From Callorhinchus milii (lineage: Eukaryota): 37,844 nt of DNA. The notes below the pieces were generated by a model. It saw only the letters and a program-made list of their open reading frames with translations. It did not search any database and was not told the origin of the DNA. Where the stretch lies: positions 1-37,844 of the forward strand of contig NW_024705515.1 of assembly GCF_018977255.1 (NCBI RefSeq). The letters are read 5' to 3'. This document shows, piece after piece, positions 1 to 11,845 of this stretch; the stretch's first letter is position 1, and each line of letters begins with the position of its first letter. Made by a program: the position numbers and the translations under genes.

Positions 1-233
1 ATTATATCCTCTCTCTCTCACACACAGAAACAAACAAACAGCGCCACCTCAAAAACTGGGGATACATCACCGCCCGCTTTCGCTCTGTTTCACACACACA
101 CTGCGCCGCCCTCAGCATTATGGGCACATTGCAGCCTCTCTCTTCTCCCTCTCTCTCTGTCTCTCTCACACACACACACACATACACACGTATGCACGCA
201 TCCTTGCATCCATGCACCCATGCATCCATGAAA

Positions 234-477
234 ACATACATACATACATACATACATACATACATACATACATACATACATACATACATACATACATACA
301 TACATACATACATACATACATACATACATACATACATACATACATACATACATACATACATACATACATACATACATACATACATACATACATACATACA
401 TACATACAAACAAACAAACAAACAAACAAACAAACAAACAAACAAACAAACATACATACATACATGCATACATACAT
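234..477 (+). repeat. Compound tetranucleotide microsatellite (CATA)n(CAAA)n(CATA)n
   Basis: Perfect repeats read directly; they explain the spurious MYVC/IHTY ORFs. Confidence 0.98.
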
Positions 478-597
478 GCCCAAGTATAGCGCCACCAGCA
501 GACTGGGGCACTTTACAGCATCACTCTCACGCACAAAGCAATACGGTAAGAGTGGGATCACATTGGAGCCTCACTCACAAAGCGAAACATACACGCA

Positions 598-630
<33 letters not shown>

Positions 631-632
<2 letters not shown>

Positions 633-960
633 CTGTAGCTCAGTGGTTAGAGCACTCGCTTTGCAAGCGAGAGACTTGAGTTCAATTCCAGGCAGAGGGC
701 GAAACCTTGGGCAAGTTTCCTTACTCCACACAGAGCCTAATAATAATCCCTCTAAAAACCATATCAATAATAAATTGGTCATTTTCAATCTACGACTGTT
801 TGTGGGACATTGCTGTGTGCAATTGGCTGCCGCGTTCGCCCACAAATATACAGTCAATCCACTTTACAGTGTGTTCTGTGCAGCGCTTTGGGATGTACTC
901 CCGACGTGAAAAGCGGTATATCAAATGCAAGGATTATTATTATTATTATTATTATTATTT

Positions 961-995
<35 letters not shown>
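631..995 (+). mobile_element. tRNA-derived SINE (Deu-domain/SacSINE1-like) with an L2-like 3' tail and (ATT)n end
   Basis: A-box TAGCTCAGTGG, anticodon-like arm CTCGC-TTTGCAA-GCGAG (TGC, Ala-like), B-box GAGTTCAATTCC, core TTGCTGTGTGCAATTGGCTGCCGCGTT, tail GCGCTTT..GACGTGAAAAGCG, long ATT tail. Several other copies occur in the window. Confidence 0.93.
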
Positions 996-997
<2 letters not shown>

Positions 998-2073
998 AGC
1001 GCCATCCAAAGTAATGGCGGCACACTGCAGCTTCTCGCGCTTTCACACCTGCACACATAAGCCCAACCTTAAGCATTGGTGGCACATTACAAGCTCTATC
1101 AGACGCACACACGCACACACAAACACACACACAAGGATACACACACAGCGCCACCTCGGTACTGCGGGTACATTAAAGCCTCTCTCTCCCTCAGCAATGG
1201 GGGCACATTACAGATTCTGACACACGCAGTACCACGGACATATTGCAGCCTCACTCACACACACAAATGCAAACACACAAACACACAGCTCTAACCTCAG
1301 CACTGGAGACACATTGCAGACGCTCTCACACACACACTTACACACGTACAGACAGCACGGAATCCAAACCAACCCTGAGCGTCCGTTTGCCAAATAAACT
1401 CGCTTTGGACGTCAGGGCTATATACCACTGAACACAATTGAGTTAAGGACATCAATGGCATCTGATATTCTGATATCCGCTCAGACTATTCAAAATTATT
1501 TCTGTGTTATGGATTTCTTTCGTCCACCCAAAGAGCCCTGTTCAGATTGGTTAAATAAAGGGAAACGGTAATTGTAAACACTGTTTAATTTGTGAAGTTG
1601 TGGCGAATTGACACAAATTTCCTTGTGAATAGTATTTTTTTCATACAATTTAGAAATCTTATCCATAATCCAAGTTACACATTTCACCAAATCAAATGAA
1701 TGAATTCGTATGACGGTTTCGTAATCAAATTATTGCTTACGATGGGTTAGTAATGTTCACTGCAATTGATTGATAGGATTAATACAGTGGTTTGATGTCG
1801 GAATCGCTTGGGTACATTTCCCATCAGCTGGTTGTCATTCACAGCTCAGTTGACCAAAAAAGCGTTATTTAAATTGAATTGAAATCGATTTCCAGCCAAG
1901 TGTGGCCTCACCTTTCTGGCTGCCAAGAGCCGGAATTATACTCTCCTTATACGAGAAACGTCGCTTTCGCAACAGATTTGTGTTTTCTTTCGTGAAACAC
2001 AGCAATTACCCAGAGATATTTTCACAATGGAAGGACACACTGAAAGCCGCCTTCCGTGCCGCAGATTTTTAAC

Positions 2074-2392
2074 AATAATAATAATAATAATCCTTGCATT
2101 TGATATAGCGCTTTTCACGTCGGGAGGACGTCCCAAAGCGCTTCACAGAACACACTGTAAAGTGAATTGACTGTATATTTGTGGGCGAACGCGGCAGTCA
2201 ATTGCGCACAGCAGTGTCCCACAAACAATCGTAGGTTGAAAATGACCAATTTATTATGGTTTTAGGTTTTGGAGGGATTATTATTAGAAGTGTGGAGTAA
2301 GGAAACTTGCCCAAGGTTTCGCCCTGACTGGAATTGAACCCAAGGCTCTCGCTTTCAAAGCGAGTACTCTAACCACTGAGCTATAGGACTCC
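2074..2392 (-). mobile_element. tRNA-derived SINE, full length, same family
   Basis: Reverse complement of the 631-995 element, from the GGAGTCCTATAGCTCAGTGG head to the (ATT)n tail. Confidence 0.93.
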
Positions 2393-2434
2393 ACATATAA
2401 AGGTACTTTATTTTCCAAGCTGTATCTTTAATAC

Positions 2435-3160
2435 TTTCAGCAGCAATGAGAGGAGGTCAGAGAGGTCGGGGAGAGCAGAGGAGGGTAGGGATTTTAAATA
2501 CAAGGGTGAGTAACTTGAAGTTGATCCTCTCTGGGATAGGCAGCCAGTGCAGTCTGGCCAGGACTGGGGTGATCGGGAACAGAGTTTGGTGCGGGTGGGA
2601 ATGCGGGCGGCATAGTGCTGAATGATTTGGATTTTATGGATGGTAGTGGAGGGGAGAGCGGTGAGGAGGGCATTAGAGCAGTGCAGCCGAGAGCTGACAA
2701 AGGCATAGACCAGTGTTTCAGCGGCTTTTGGAGAGAGGTATTTGCGGAGACGTGCGATGCGTCGGAGGTGGAAGAAGGCGGTGCTGGTGAGGGACCGAAT
2801 GTGGGGGAGGAAGGCTAAGTGAAGGGCTAACCTCACGCCGAGTTTACGTATCGGAGAGTTTTAGGGGGACGTCGGGTATGTTGAAGAGGTGAGAGCCGTG
2901 AGATTTTAGACGTTGTCGAGAGCCAAACTTTGTGCCTTCCGTCTTATCGACATTCAGCTGAAGCAAATTTGCGCTCATCCTGCCCTTGAGATCTTACAGG
3001 CAGCTGGCAGAACATTAGGGGACTGGGGGTCGCAAAGAGCAGTGGAAAAATAGAGAAGGTTGTCGTCTGCATACATATGGAAGTGTACCCCATGACTGCG
3101 GATGACATCCCCAAGAGGGAGCATATAGATCAGAAAGGAGAGGAGGCCAAGGATGGACAC
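2435..3160 (-). mobile_element. Older degenerate L2-clade LINE fragment (reverse transcriptase C-terminal half)
   Basis: Minus-strand peptides [25 protein letters not shown] and AFFHLRRIARLRKYLSPKAAETLVYAFVSSRL, with frameshifts and stops. Confidence 0.9.
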
Positions 3161-3999
3161 TTGGTGTACCTCGCAGGTGACCGGTTAAGAGCGGGAGGAG
3201 AAGCCCTATACTGCCTTTTCCAGGGAACTATTCAATTATTACGACTCCCCGCCCTTACCCCAAGGGCCTGCAAATATTTTTTTTGAGTACCTTTCCATTA
3301 ATTTACAATAATTATCAATGGAGCAAGCGGTAGATGAGGAGATTTGCTTTACACAGTTATTCGAATGTGAAATGTCATTCCATGCGTGTGGGTCAAAGTA
3401 CGAACCATGTGATCTCTCAGCAGGGACCGATATGTGTATCAGCAAATAAATAGCATCCAGTGGTCTGCGAAAAACACGTAAACCGGTTTTACTTTCAAGA
3501 ACACGGTGATGAATGGCTTGCGTCTTCGCTATAAACCTATAAGGCCCTATGGTGGCTCTTTGGGGAGTAAAGAGATACATTCCCAAACGTTTCTGTACTT
3601 CCTACCTGCCAATAGCATTTCTATACATGTGACACAATTTGAAGGTCAACACTGTGAGCCATAATCTTTGCTATACATGTCTGTATTATTTGTATCACGA
3701 CACAGTTAATAACAGACTATGTGTGCCACGCTCCCAACTATTATTTTGTCAATTATTTTGTTTATTCCATCATTGTAATCCATATATTTGGTCAATAAGT
3801 ACCTGCAGAATATAAGCCCTATTTATTGTGCACGTTCGACAAATAGATGACGCAATTCATGTGATATTATAAACTTCATTTACTATTCAAAATCCTCGTC
3901 GCATTTGTATTTGCATCTGCATTTTCTATCCCTTTGGTTTGGAATATATTGTGAGGTAAATATAACAAAAAGGGAATGCTTAGAGGGGGAACTGCTGCT

Positions 4000-5989
4000 T
4001 GTATTCGGCCTCGAACTAACTTAGACGGAATTGATGTAAAGCTCGAAGAATTTATAAAAAAGCACAAAACTCTGTTCATATGATCGAAAAATTAGATAAC
4101 AGGCCACGTGCTCTCCAAAATGTGGTTCACAAGAAACAACCACATTCTGTCCATTTACAGAAATCCTCTGATATGCAAACGGTTTCATGTTGCTTTGTAC
4201 GTTTTCACAATGAATAGTCTAAAATTCATGATTTACAATGGTCACAATATCAGCACAGAGCAACGTCTCAGAGCGCTGTACAGGATATGCTATAAAGTTT
4301 GCGTTTTGGGACCTACATTGGCACATAGTTTGTACAGCAATGTCCCACACACAGTAATAGAGGGAATGACGGATTTTGTGGTCGATCGGAAAATCGAAGC
4401 ATAAACTCGCTTAAATTTGGACCGTTCCACAGTATAATGATGCACGTTTCCTCACAGAGGTAAAGTCAAATCACTTTACGGTGTAATCTGTGAAGCGCTT
4501 TGAGACACCAAGAAGACGCGAAAAGCGCTATGTCAAATGCAAGGATTATTAAAATATTATTATTATCCAGCAGCACAGGCACAGAGGACATCTCTGTTAA
4601 ACATATGTTCAGAACTCAAACTGCTAACAAGGCAGCACTTCCTCATCACTGGGTGTCAGTCGAGGCAATATCAGTTTGCAGTCCGATATATACACCATTA
4701 AATGCCATTCAGACATTGTGTCCAAATCCCAGTTCCACATTGTGTTTGGGCTTCAACCCACAGTATTCGGAATCAGAGGCGAGAGAGAGAGCTACAAACC
4801 CAACCAGGCTGAAAGTGTCAACATATAATCATCTTTCCTTGAAGTATGACTGGAACCTATTGCCATTATGGACAAAAGAAGGCAAATTATATTTGTCGCT
4901 CAGGGTAAATCATGTTACAAAGATCACTTGCGGAGTGGAGAGGCAAATGTTCTCTGGGATGTGATGCCAGAGAGTAGGAGCAGATAGCCTGAAAGCCCAA
5001 TGGTGAGATGGGCAGGGCAGGAGACACTAAACAGGCAAAGGGAGGAATCATATCATTTCGTCGGTTGTAAGGAGTTTGCACCGGTCGGTTGGGGCAAAAA
5101 GCTCAGAAGACATTAAGTCACAAGACTATGATCAGCCGGTACCTGGTGACTCTGATCATCAGGGGATGTGATGGTGGCTTTGATCACCCGGTGGCTATGA
5201 TCAGCCCACTTAAATCATGGACAATCGTGCTTGTATGAAAGGATTTCTTCAATAATGGTTGCAATCGGTTTCATCTCATTCTGCAGCCGTTTCCCCCACA
5301 ACTTATTATATTTCTCTTCCAGATATTGAAGAACTGGTCTCTGATAAGGAAATGTGAATTAGTCTCAGCCATGTTTTCATGTTGGGGATGCAACGTCATA
5401 AATCCTGTCTGGGTAATATCTACGATAATCTCTTTTTGTTGAAGAATACAGTATTTGGCGTGAATTGTTTGAAGTTAGTAGATTGCTTAACACAACATTC
5501 CTACACCTTTGTGACAAAAGTAAAACTATTTGGTTTTCTTAATTTGCTCTTACGTCTACAACCTCAGCGGCGTTCCTCAAAGTTTATTTTCCTAATGTGT
5601 TATTAGGCCGTTAATTATTTGAGATATCGCCTCAGTTAAATTCAATGGCATTACATAGTATGTGAAAGTTTCCTCCCTTGCAGATTAAAAGTTGATCTTT
5701 CTTCTTCAAATACAGAAAGATCTTCTGCCCCTGTGGTCACCCGAGGAATCGCAGGCTGGAGACTGTCGTCCTTATCTGATTGTAATGTTCTCAAAAGCTG
5801 ACAAGACAGCAGGGCTGAGGAACTCTCAAGCTAACCCTTTGTTACTCAAAACAAACCAAAGTTCCAGATAGGTAAAGCCCAAAGTACAAACATGTTGCTT
5901 TATTTACCACAGTTATCCAAATAGTTACAGTATATTCTACTGTTTCTATAGTGTATTCTGTGGAGCAACTTGTGATGTCCCGAAGATGT
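4000..5989 (+). repeat. ~2-kb direct repeat, left copy (right copy 7549-9556)
   Basis: Colinear from TGTATTCGGCC to GATGTCCCGAAGATGT; paired ORFs in the track (4108/7657, 5379/8936). Roughly 90-95% identity by eye. Confidence 0.95.
4465..4566 (+). mobile_element. SINE 3' tail fragment (duplicated at ~8015-8116)
   Basis: tcactttacgg..tgtgaagcgctttgagac..gaaaagcgctatgtcaaatgcaaggattatt matches the SINE tail. Confidence 0.8.
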
Positions 5990-7550
5990 CCCTGAAAAAA
6001 CCCTCCCTTGATGCGTCGCAGCTATCAAGTTACCGGCCCATCTCCAACCTCCCCTTTCTCTCCAAGGTCTTGGAAAGAGTTGTCGCCTCCCAACTGCGCT
6101 CTTTCCTTTCCACCCATTCTCTTTTCGAACCCCTTCAGTCAGGTTTCCGTGCTGCCCATAGCACAGAAACTGCCCTGGTCAAGGTCACCAATGATATCCT
6201 GACCATCTGTGACCAGGGCTCCCTCTGTCTCCTCGTCCTCCTCGACGTATCGGCAGCATTCGATACGGTCGACCACGGTATCCTACTCCACCGCTTGTCC
6301 TCCCACCTCAACCTTCAAGGCACTGTCATTGAATGGTTTAGGTCGTACCTTTCTCACCGTCTTCACTTTGTCTCGACGAATGGGTTCTCCTCCACCCCCC
6401 GCACTGTCTCATGTGGTGTCCCTCAGGGCTCTGTCCTTGGTCCCCTCCTCTTCACCCTCTATATGCTCCCCCTTGGTGACATCATCCGCAGACATGGAGT
6501 TAACTTCCACATGTATGCGGATGACACCCAACTCTACCTTTCCTCCTCTACTCTCAACTCCACGACCACCGATGTCCTGACAGCTGCCTGTCCGACATCG
6601 AGTCCTGGACGAGAGACAACTTTCTTCAGCTCAACGTGCGAAAAACTGAGGCCCTCCTGATTGGCTCAAGTCAGCGCCTCCGCACCTCAGGCGCTGACTC
6701 CATCAGCATCCAAGGCTGCGCTCTCCACCTCTCAAAGCCAGTCAGGAACCTCGGCGTTTTGTTCGACCCTCAGCTGTCCTTTTTCCCTCACATCCGCACC
6801 ACAACTGGCACCGCCTTCCATCACCTCCGGAACATCGCCAGACTACGGCATTACCTCACCCCTCACGATGCTGAAACCCTGGTTCACGCCTTTGTCACCT
6901 CAAAGCTGGACTATGGGAACTCTCTCCTCGCCGGCCTTCCCGCCACTTCCCTCCACAAGCTGCAGGTCATTCAGAACTCTGCAGCTCGTGTACTGTCCCG
7001 CCCAGGCTTCGCGACCACATCACTCCCACCCTCGCTCGCCTCCACTGGCTCCCCATCCCCAGAGGATTGATTTCAAGATCCTCATCCTCACCTACAAGGC
7101 CATTCACGCCTTGCTCCCTCCTACCTCTCCGACCTACTATCCCCCTACCTACCTGCCCGTACTCTCCGTTCCTCTGGCTCCGGTCTGCTCCACGTCCCCC
7201 GCCCCAACCGCCCTACCGTCAGTGGTCGGGCCTTCAGCCTCTCAGCCCCCAGGCTCTGGAACTCCATCCCCCAGTGCCTTCGCCGCTTCCTCCCTTTTCT
7301 CCTTCAAGGCCGGTCTCAAAACCTTTCTCTTTGACCGAGCCTTCAGCTCCCCTCTCGACTCTCTTCCCCCTCCTCGCTCCCTCCCTTCCCTTCCCTTACC
7401 CTGACAATTTCCCCCCTCCTCGCTCCCTCCCTCCCCTCACCCTGACCATTTCCCCCCAGCTCGGGTCATGACCCAACTGTGCAGCGCCTTGAGACGTCCT
7501 CCTGACGTGAAAGGCGCTTTATAAATGGAATCTTGTTGTTGTTGTTGTTG
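5990..7550 (+). mobile_element. 5'-truncated L2-clade LINE (RT domain, 3' UTR, stem-loop tail, (TTG)n end)
   Basis: [53 protein letters not shown] and YADD motifs; several 1-2 nt frameshifts; C-rich UTR and TTG tail. Confidence 0.96.
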
Positions 7551-9556
7551 TATTCGGCCTGGAACTAACTTAGACGGAATTGATGTAAAGCTCGAAGAAT
7601 TTATAAAAAAGCACAAAACTCTGTTCATATGATCGAAAAATTAGATTACAGGCCACGTGCTCTCCAAAATGTGGTTCATAAGAATCAACCACATTCTGTC
7701 CATTTTCAGAAATCCTCTGATATGCAAACGATTTCATGTTGTTTTGTATTTTTTCAAAATGAATAGTCTAAAATTCATGATTTACAATGGTCACAATATC
7801 AGCACAGAGCAACGTCTCAGAGCGCTATACAGGATATGCTATAAAGTTTGCGTTTTGGGACCTACCTTGGAACATGGTTTGTACAGCAATGTCCCACACA
7901 CAGTAGTTGAGGGAATGACGGATTTTGTGGTCGATCGGAAACTCGAAGCATAAACTCGCTTAACTTTTGAAGCGTTCCATAGTATAATGATGCACGTTTC
8001 CTCACAGATGTAAAATCAACTCACTTTACGGTGTAATCTGTGAAGCGCTTTGAAACACCAAGAAGATGTGAAAAGCGCTATGTCACATGCAAGGATTATT
8101 AAAATATTATTATTATCCAGCAGCACAGGCACAGAGTTTAACATATGTTAAACATATGTTCAGAACTCAGAACTGCTAACAAGGCAGCACTTCCTCATCA
8201 CTGGGTGTCAGTCGAGGCAATATCAGTTTGCAGTCCGATATATACACCATTAAATGCCATTCAGACATTCTGTCGAAAACCTAGTTCCACATTGTGTTTG
8301 GGCTTCAACCCACAGTATTCGGAATCAGAGGCGAGAGAGAGAACTACAAACTCAACCAGGCTGAAAGTGTCAACATATAATGATCTTTCCTTTAAGTATG
8401 ACTGGAACCTATTGCCATTATGGACAAAAGAAGGCAAACTATATTTGTCGCTCAGGGTAAATCATGTTATAAAGATCACTTGCGGAGTGGAGAGGCAAAT
8501 GGTCTCCAGGATGTGATAGCAGAGAGTGGGGGCAGATAGCCTGAAAGCCCATTGGTGAGATGGGCAGGGCAGGAGAGAGTAAACAGACAAAGAGAGGAAT
8601 CATATCATTTCGTCGGTTGTGAGGAGTTTGCACCGGTCGGTTGTGGCAAAAAGCTCAGAGGGCATTGAAATTAAGGACCAGACTATGATCAGCCGGTATC
8701 TGGTGACTCTGATCATCAGGGGATGTGATGGTGGCTTTGATCACCCGGTGGCTATGATCAGCCCACTTAAAACATGGACAATCGTGCTTGTATAAAAGGA
8801 TTTCTTCAATAATGGTTGCAATCGGTTTCATCCCATTCTGCAGCCGTTTCCCCCACAACCTTTTATAATTCAGTTCCAGATATTGAAGAACTGATCTCTG
8901 ATCAGGAAATGTGAATTAGTCTCAGCCATGTTTTCATGTTGGGGATGCAACGTCATAAATCCTGTCTGGGTAATATCTACGATAATCTCTTTTTGTTGAA
9001 GAATACAGTATTTGGCGTGAATTGTTTGAAGTTAGTAGATTGCTTAACACAACATTCCTACACCTTTGTGACAAAAGTAAAACTATTTGGTTTTCTTAAT
9101 TTGCTCTTACATCTACAACCTCAGCGGCGTTCCTCAAAGTTTCTAATTTAATAATCTGTATCAATGTATCTGGACGAAATGAAAATTATTTCAGATATCG
9201 CCTTAGTTAAATTAATTGGCTTGAAATAGTATGTGAAAGTTTCCTCCCTTGCAGATTAAAAGTTGATCTTTCTTCTTCAAATACAGAAAGATCTGCTTCC
9301 CCTGTGGTCAACCGAGGTATTGCAGGCTGCAGACTGGCTTCCTTATCTGATTGTAATGTTCTCAAAAGCTGACAAGACAGCAGGGCTCTGAACTGTCGAT
9401 TTAACCGTATATTACTCAAAACAAAACAAAGTTCTAGATAGGTAAAGCCCAAAGTACAAACATGTTGCTTTATGTGAAGTTATCCAAATAGTTACAGTAT
9501 ATTCTACTGTTTGTATAGTATATTCTGTGGAGCAACTTGTGATGTCCCGAAGATGT
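7549..9556 (+). repeat. ~2-kb direct repeat, right copy
   Basis: Starts directly after the L2 (TTG)n tail and is colinear with 4000-5989. Confidence 0.95.
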
Positions 9557-9595
9557 GATAATGCACTATATCAAATCCAAGCAATATTATTATTA

Positions 9596-9910
9596 TAATA
9601 GTAATAATCCTTGCATTTGATATAGCGCTTTTCACGTCGGGAGGACGTCCCAAAGCGCTTCACGGAACACACTGTAAAGTGAATTGACTATATATTTGTG
9701 GGCGAACGCGGCAGCCAATTGCGCACAGCAATGTCCCACAAACAGTCGTAGATTGAAAATGACCAATTTATTATTGTTGTGGTTTTGGAGGGATTATTAT
9801 TAGGCTCTGTGTGGAGTAAGGAGACTTGCACAAGATTTCGCCCTGTCTGGAATTGAACTCAGATCTCTCGCTTGCAAAGCGAGTGCTCTAACCACTGAGC
9901 TACAGTACTC
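9596..9910 (-). mobile_element. Full-length tRNA-derived SINE with a 42-bp target-site duplication
   Basis: Same SINE family; flanks 9554-9595 and 9911-9952 are near-identical (2 mismatches). Confidence 0.94.
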
Positions 9911-10339
9911 TGTGATAATGCACTATATCAAATCGAAGCAATATTACTATTAGAGCTGGACCAGGCCTGTTATACATAGACCATGCTTGATATTCAGAAA
10001 CCATTGACCTTCACTTGAGTAATGAATTCAACTTATTGCCCACACTGACAAATGAAGGCGGAAGGTGTTTTGGCGAATAGTATCAATCCATTTGCAATGC
10101 TCAGGTTAACGTACATAATGATAGGTTAATCAGCATCACTGCTTCATTATTATTGTTCGTGTTGGTCGTGGAAAATGTTAATGCATCCCAGGCTAATGAG
10201 TGAAAGTTACAAAAAAAAGTCATTTTTGATTGTAACAAGTATCGAGGGCCATGTGAGAGCAATGTTAAACCAATTTGAGTGAATATGATAACCATTCGTA
10301 CTAATGTGTTAATGCGCCACTGATCGGCAGAAGAGGCCT

Positions 10340-11643
10340 AATATGTGTGATCAAGTATTTGTTGCACTTACTCAGATGAGTTAGCTCTGGTGGGTAGACA
10401 TGTGGGGTGTAAACCCGACACACATGTGAGCACATTGGCTTCTGAGGTTTAAATCCCACAGAGCTTTGATCCACAGTGTTTGAGAGGCCTGTAATTATAG
10501 CATAGAAATGCTCGTGTATATACTGTTTGCTGTTACATATTTGTTCTTTGCTGTTACATTTTGGGCCTCATTTGACATAATTCTAACTGCAATAATAGTG
10601 GGTTTAGATAAGTGGACCTAATGTGTTATTTGGCCGTTATTTACTTCAAAGGCACAGCCATGTCCTCCTGCAAAGCGCATGAAAGTTTGTGGTGTAGTCC
10701 GTGTCGAATAAAATGTTATTTATCTCTCTGTATGATCTGCCTCAGCAGCTTCCGCTGCCAGTAGTCTTCGTCCCCCAACCTCCCCTCCGACCTCCACTGC
10801 TCCAACCCGCTATCCCCCATCTCTTTTTTTCTCTCTCTTTCACACACAAAAACACAGCTGATTTGAAGCAGGAAACAATGATATCGGCCTCCAGTACAAA
10901 TGTATTAATTAGGCCGGGAATTATTTCAATTTCCACATCCACATCCGTCACCAAAGCACCAGAAACTCCATGTTAATGCTAATATAATCTGTCGCTTTGC
11001 CTTTCGCTGCACACACACTCACACACATACACACACGTTTTATGGCAGGAAACAAGCAGCAGCTCAGATGTTATCTGACAGCAGTTTCAAGTGTAACTCT
11101 TTAAAACCAAAGTGGCATCACAGAGCCTTAGCAATGTATAGCTCAGAAGAAAGTCATTCATAATGTGTGTGACCAAATGATATTACACTTATTGTCATGA
11201 GGTAGTTCTGGTGGGCAGAGATGTCGGGTATGAAGACAACTCAGATGTCAGCACATTGGCCTCTGAGGATTAAATCCCATAGTGACTTGTTCCTACAGCG
11301 TTTGAGAGACCTGTAATTACAGCACAGAAACGCTCAGGATGATCGGTTTGTTGTTACATAGTTTATTGTTTGCTGTTGCAATTACTGGTGTCATTGTTCA
11401 CAATTCTAATATTAATAATATTTACATAACTTGATCTGATGTGTTAAATTGGCCGTTATTTACTTCGACTTCACATCCAGGTCCCGCTGCAAAGCACCAG
11501 GAAGTCTGTGGTGCAGCTCGTGTCGACTAACATAATTTTTATCTCTCTGTATGATCTGCCTCTGCAGATTCCGCTGCCAGTCCTCCTCGATAACTTCAAC
11601 CTACCAACCCTACCCCCACTCATCACCCCATACAGCCCCGCAA

Positions 11644-11681
<38 letters not shown>

Positions 11682-11845
11682 TAAACACACATACACATAT
11701 TCAAACACAGTGGACTTAACGAAAGAAAAATACCGGTTGCTGAGATGTTATCGGTATCAGTTGCAAATGTAAATCTTCAGTCCTCAAAGATGTATCACAG
11801 TGTCTTAGAAATTATAGCACAGAAGAAAGACATTTGTTGGATGTG
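10340..11845. repeat. Old tandem duplication, two units (~10340-11160 and ~11160-11845)
   Basis: Colinear blocks: cacattggc(t/c)tctgagg..aaatccca, ttggccgttatttacttc, tttatctctctgtatgatctgcctc, cagaagaaag(t/a)catt. Roughly 70-80% identity by eye. Confidence 0.85.

Larger units (their letters stand above)
40..1345 (+). repeat. Degenerate complex tandem repeat (motif ~GGGCACATTGCAGCCTC(TC)n(AC)n), interrupted by a microsatellite and a SINE
   Basis: About 10 variants of gg(g/c)acatt(g/a)cagc followed by CT/CA runs near 58, 121, 504, 553, 1015, 1080, 1165, 1198, 1236 and 1304, several preceded by agcgccacc. Confidence 0.7.

Noticed and set aside
2..679. Long ORFs on both strands (MYVC/IHTY repeats)
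   Set aside because: Translations of a stop-free microsatellite.
631..700. tRNA-Ala(TGC)-like gene
   Set aside because: No proper acceptor stem or terminator; it is the head of a multi-copy SINE.
40..1345. CRISPR-like repeat-spacer appearance
   Set aside because: Repeats are degenerate, spacers are microsatellites of variable length, the context is eukaryotic and there are no cas genes.
3239..3586. 115-aa minus-strand ORF with a WND motif (C-type lectin-like?)
   Set aside because: Lacks the lectin cysteine and WIGL pattern; no convincing exon structure.
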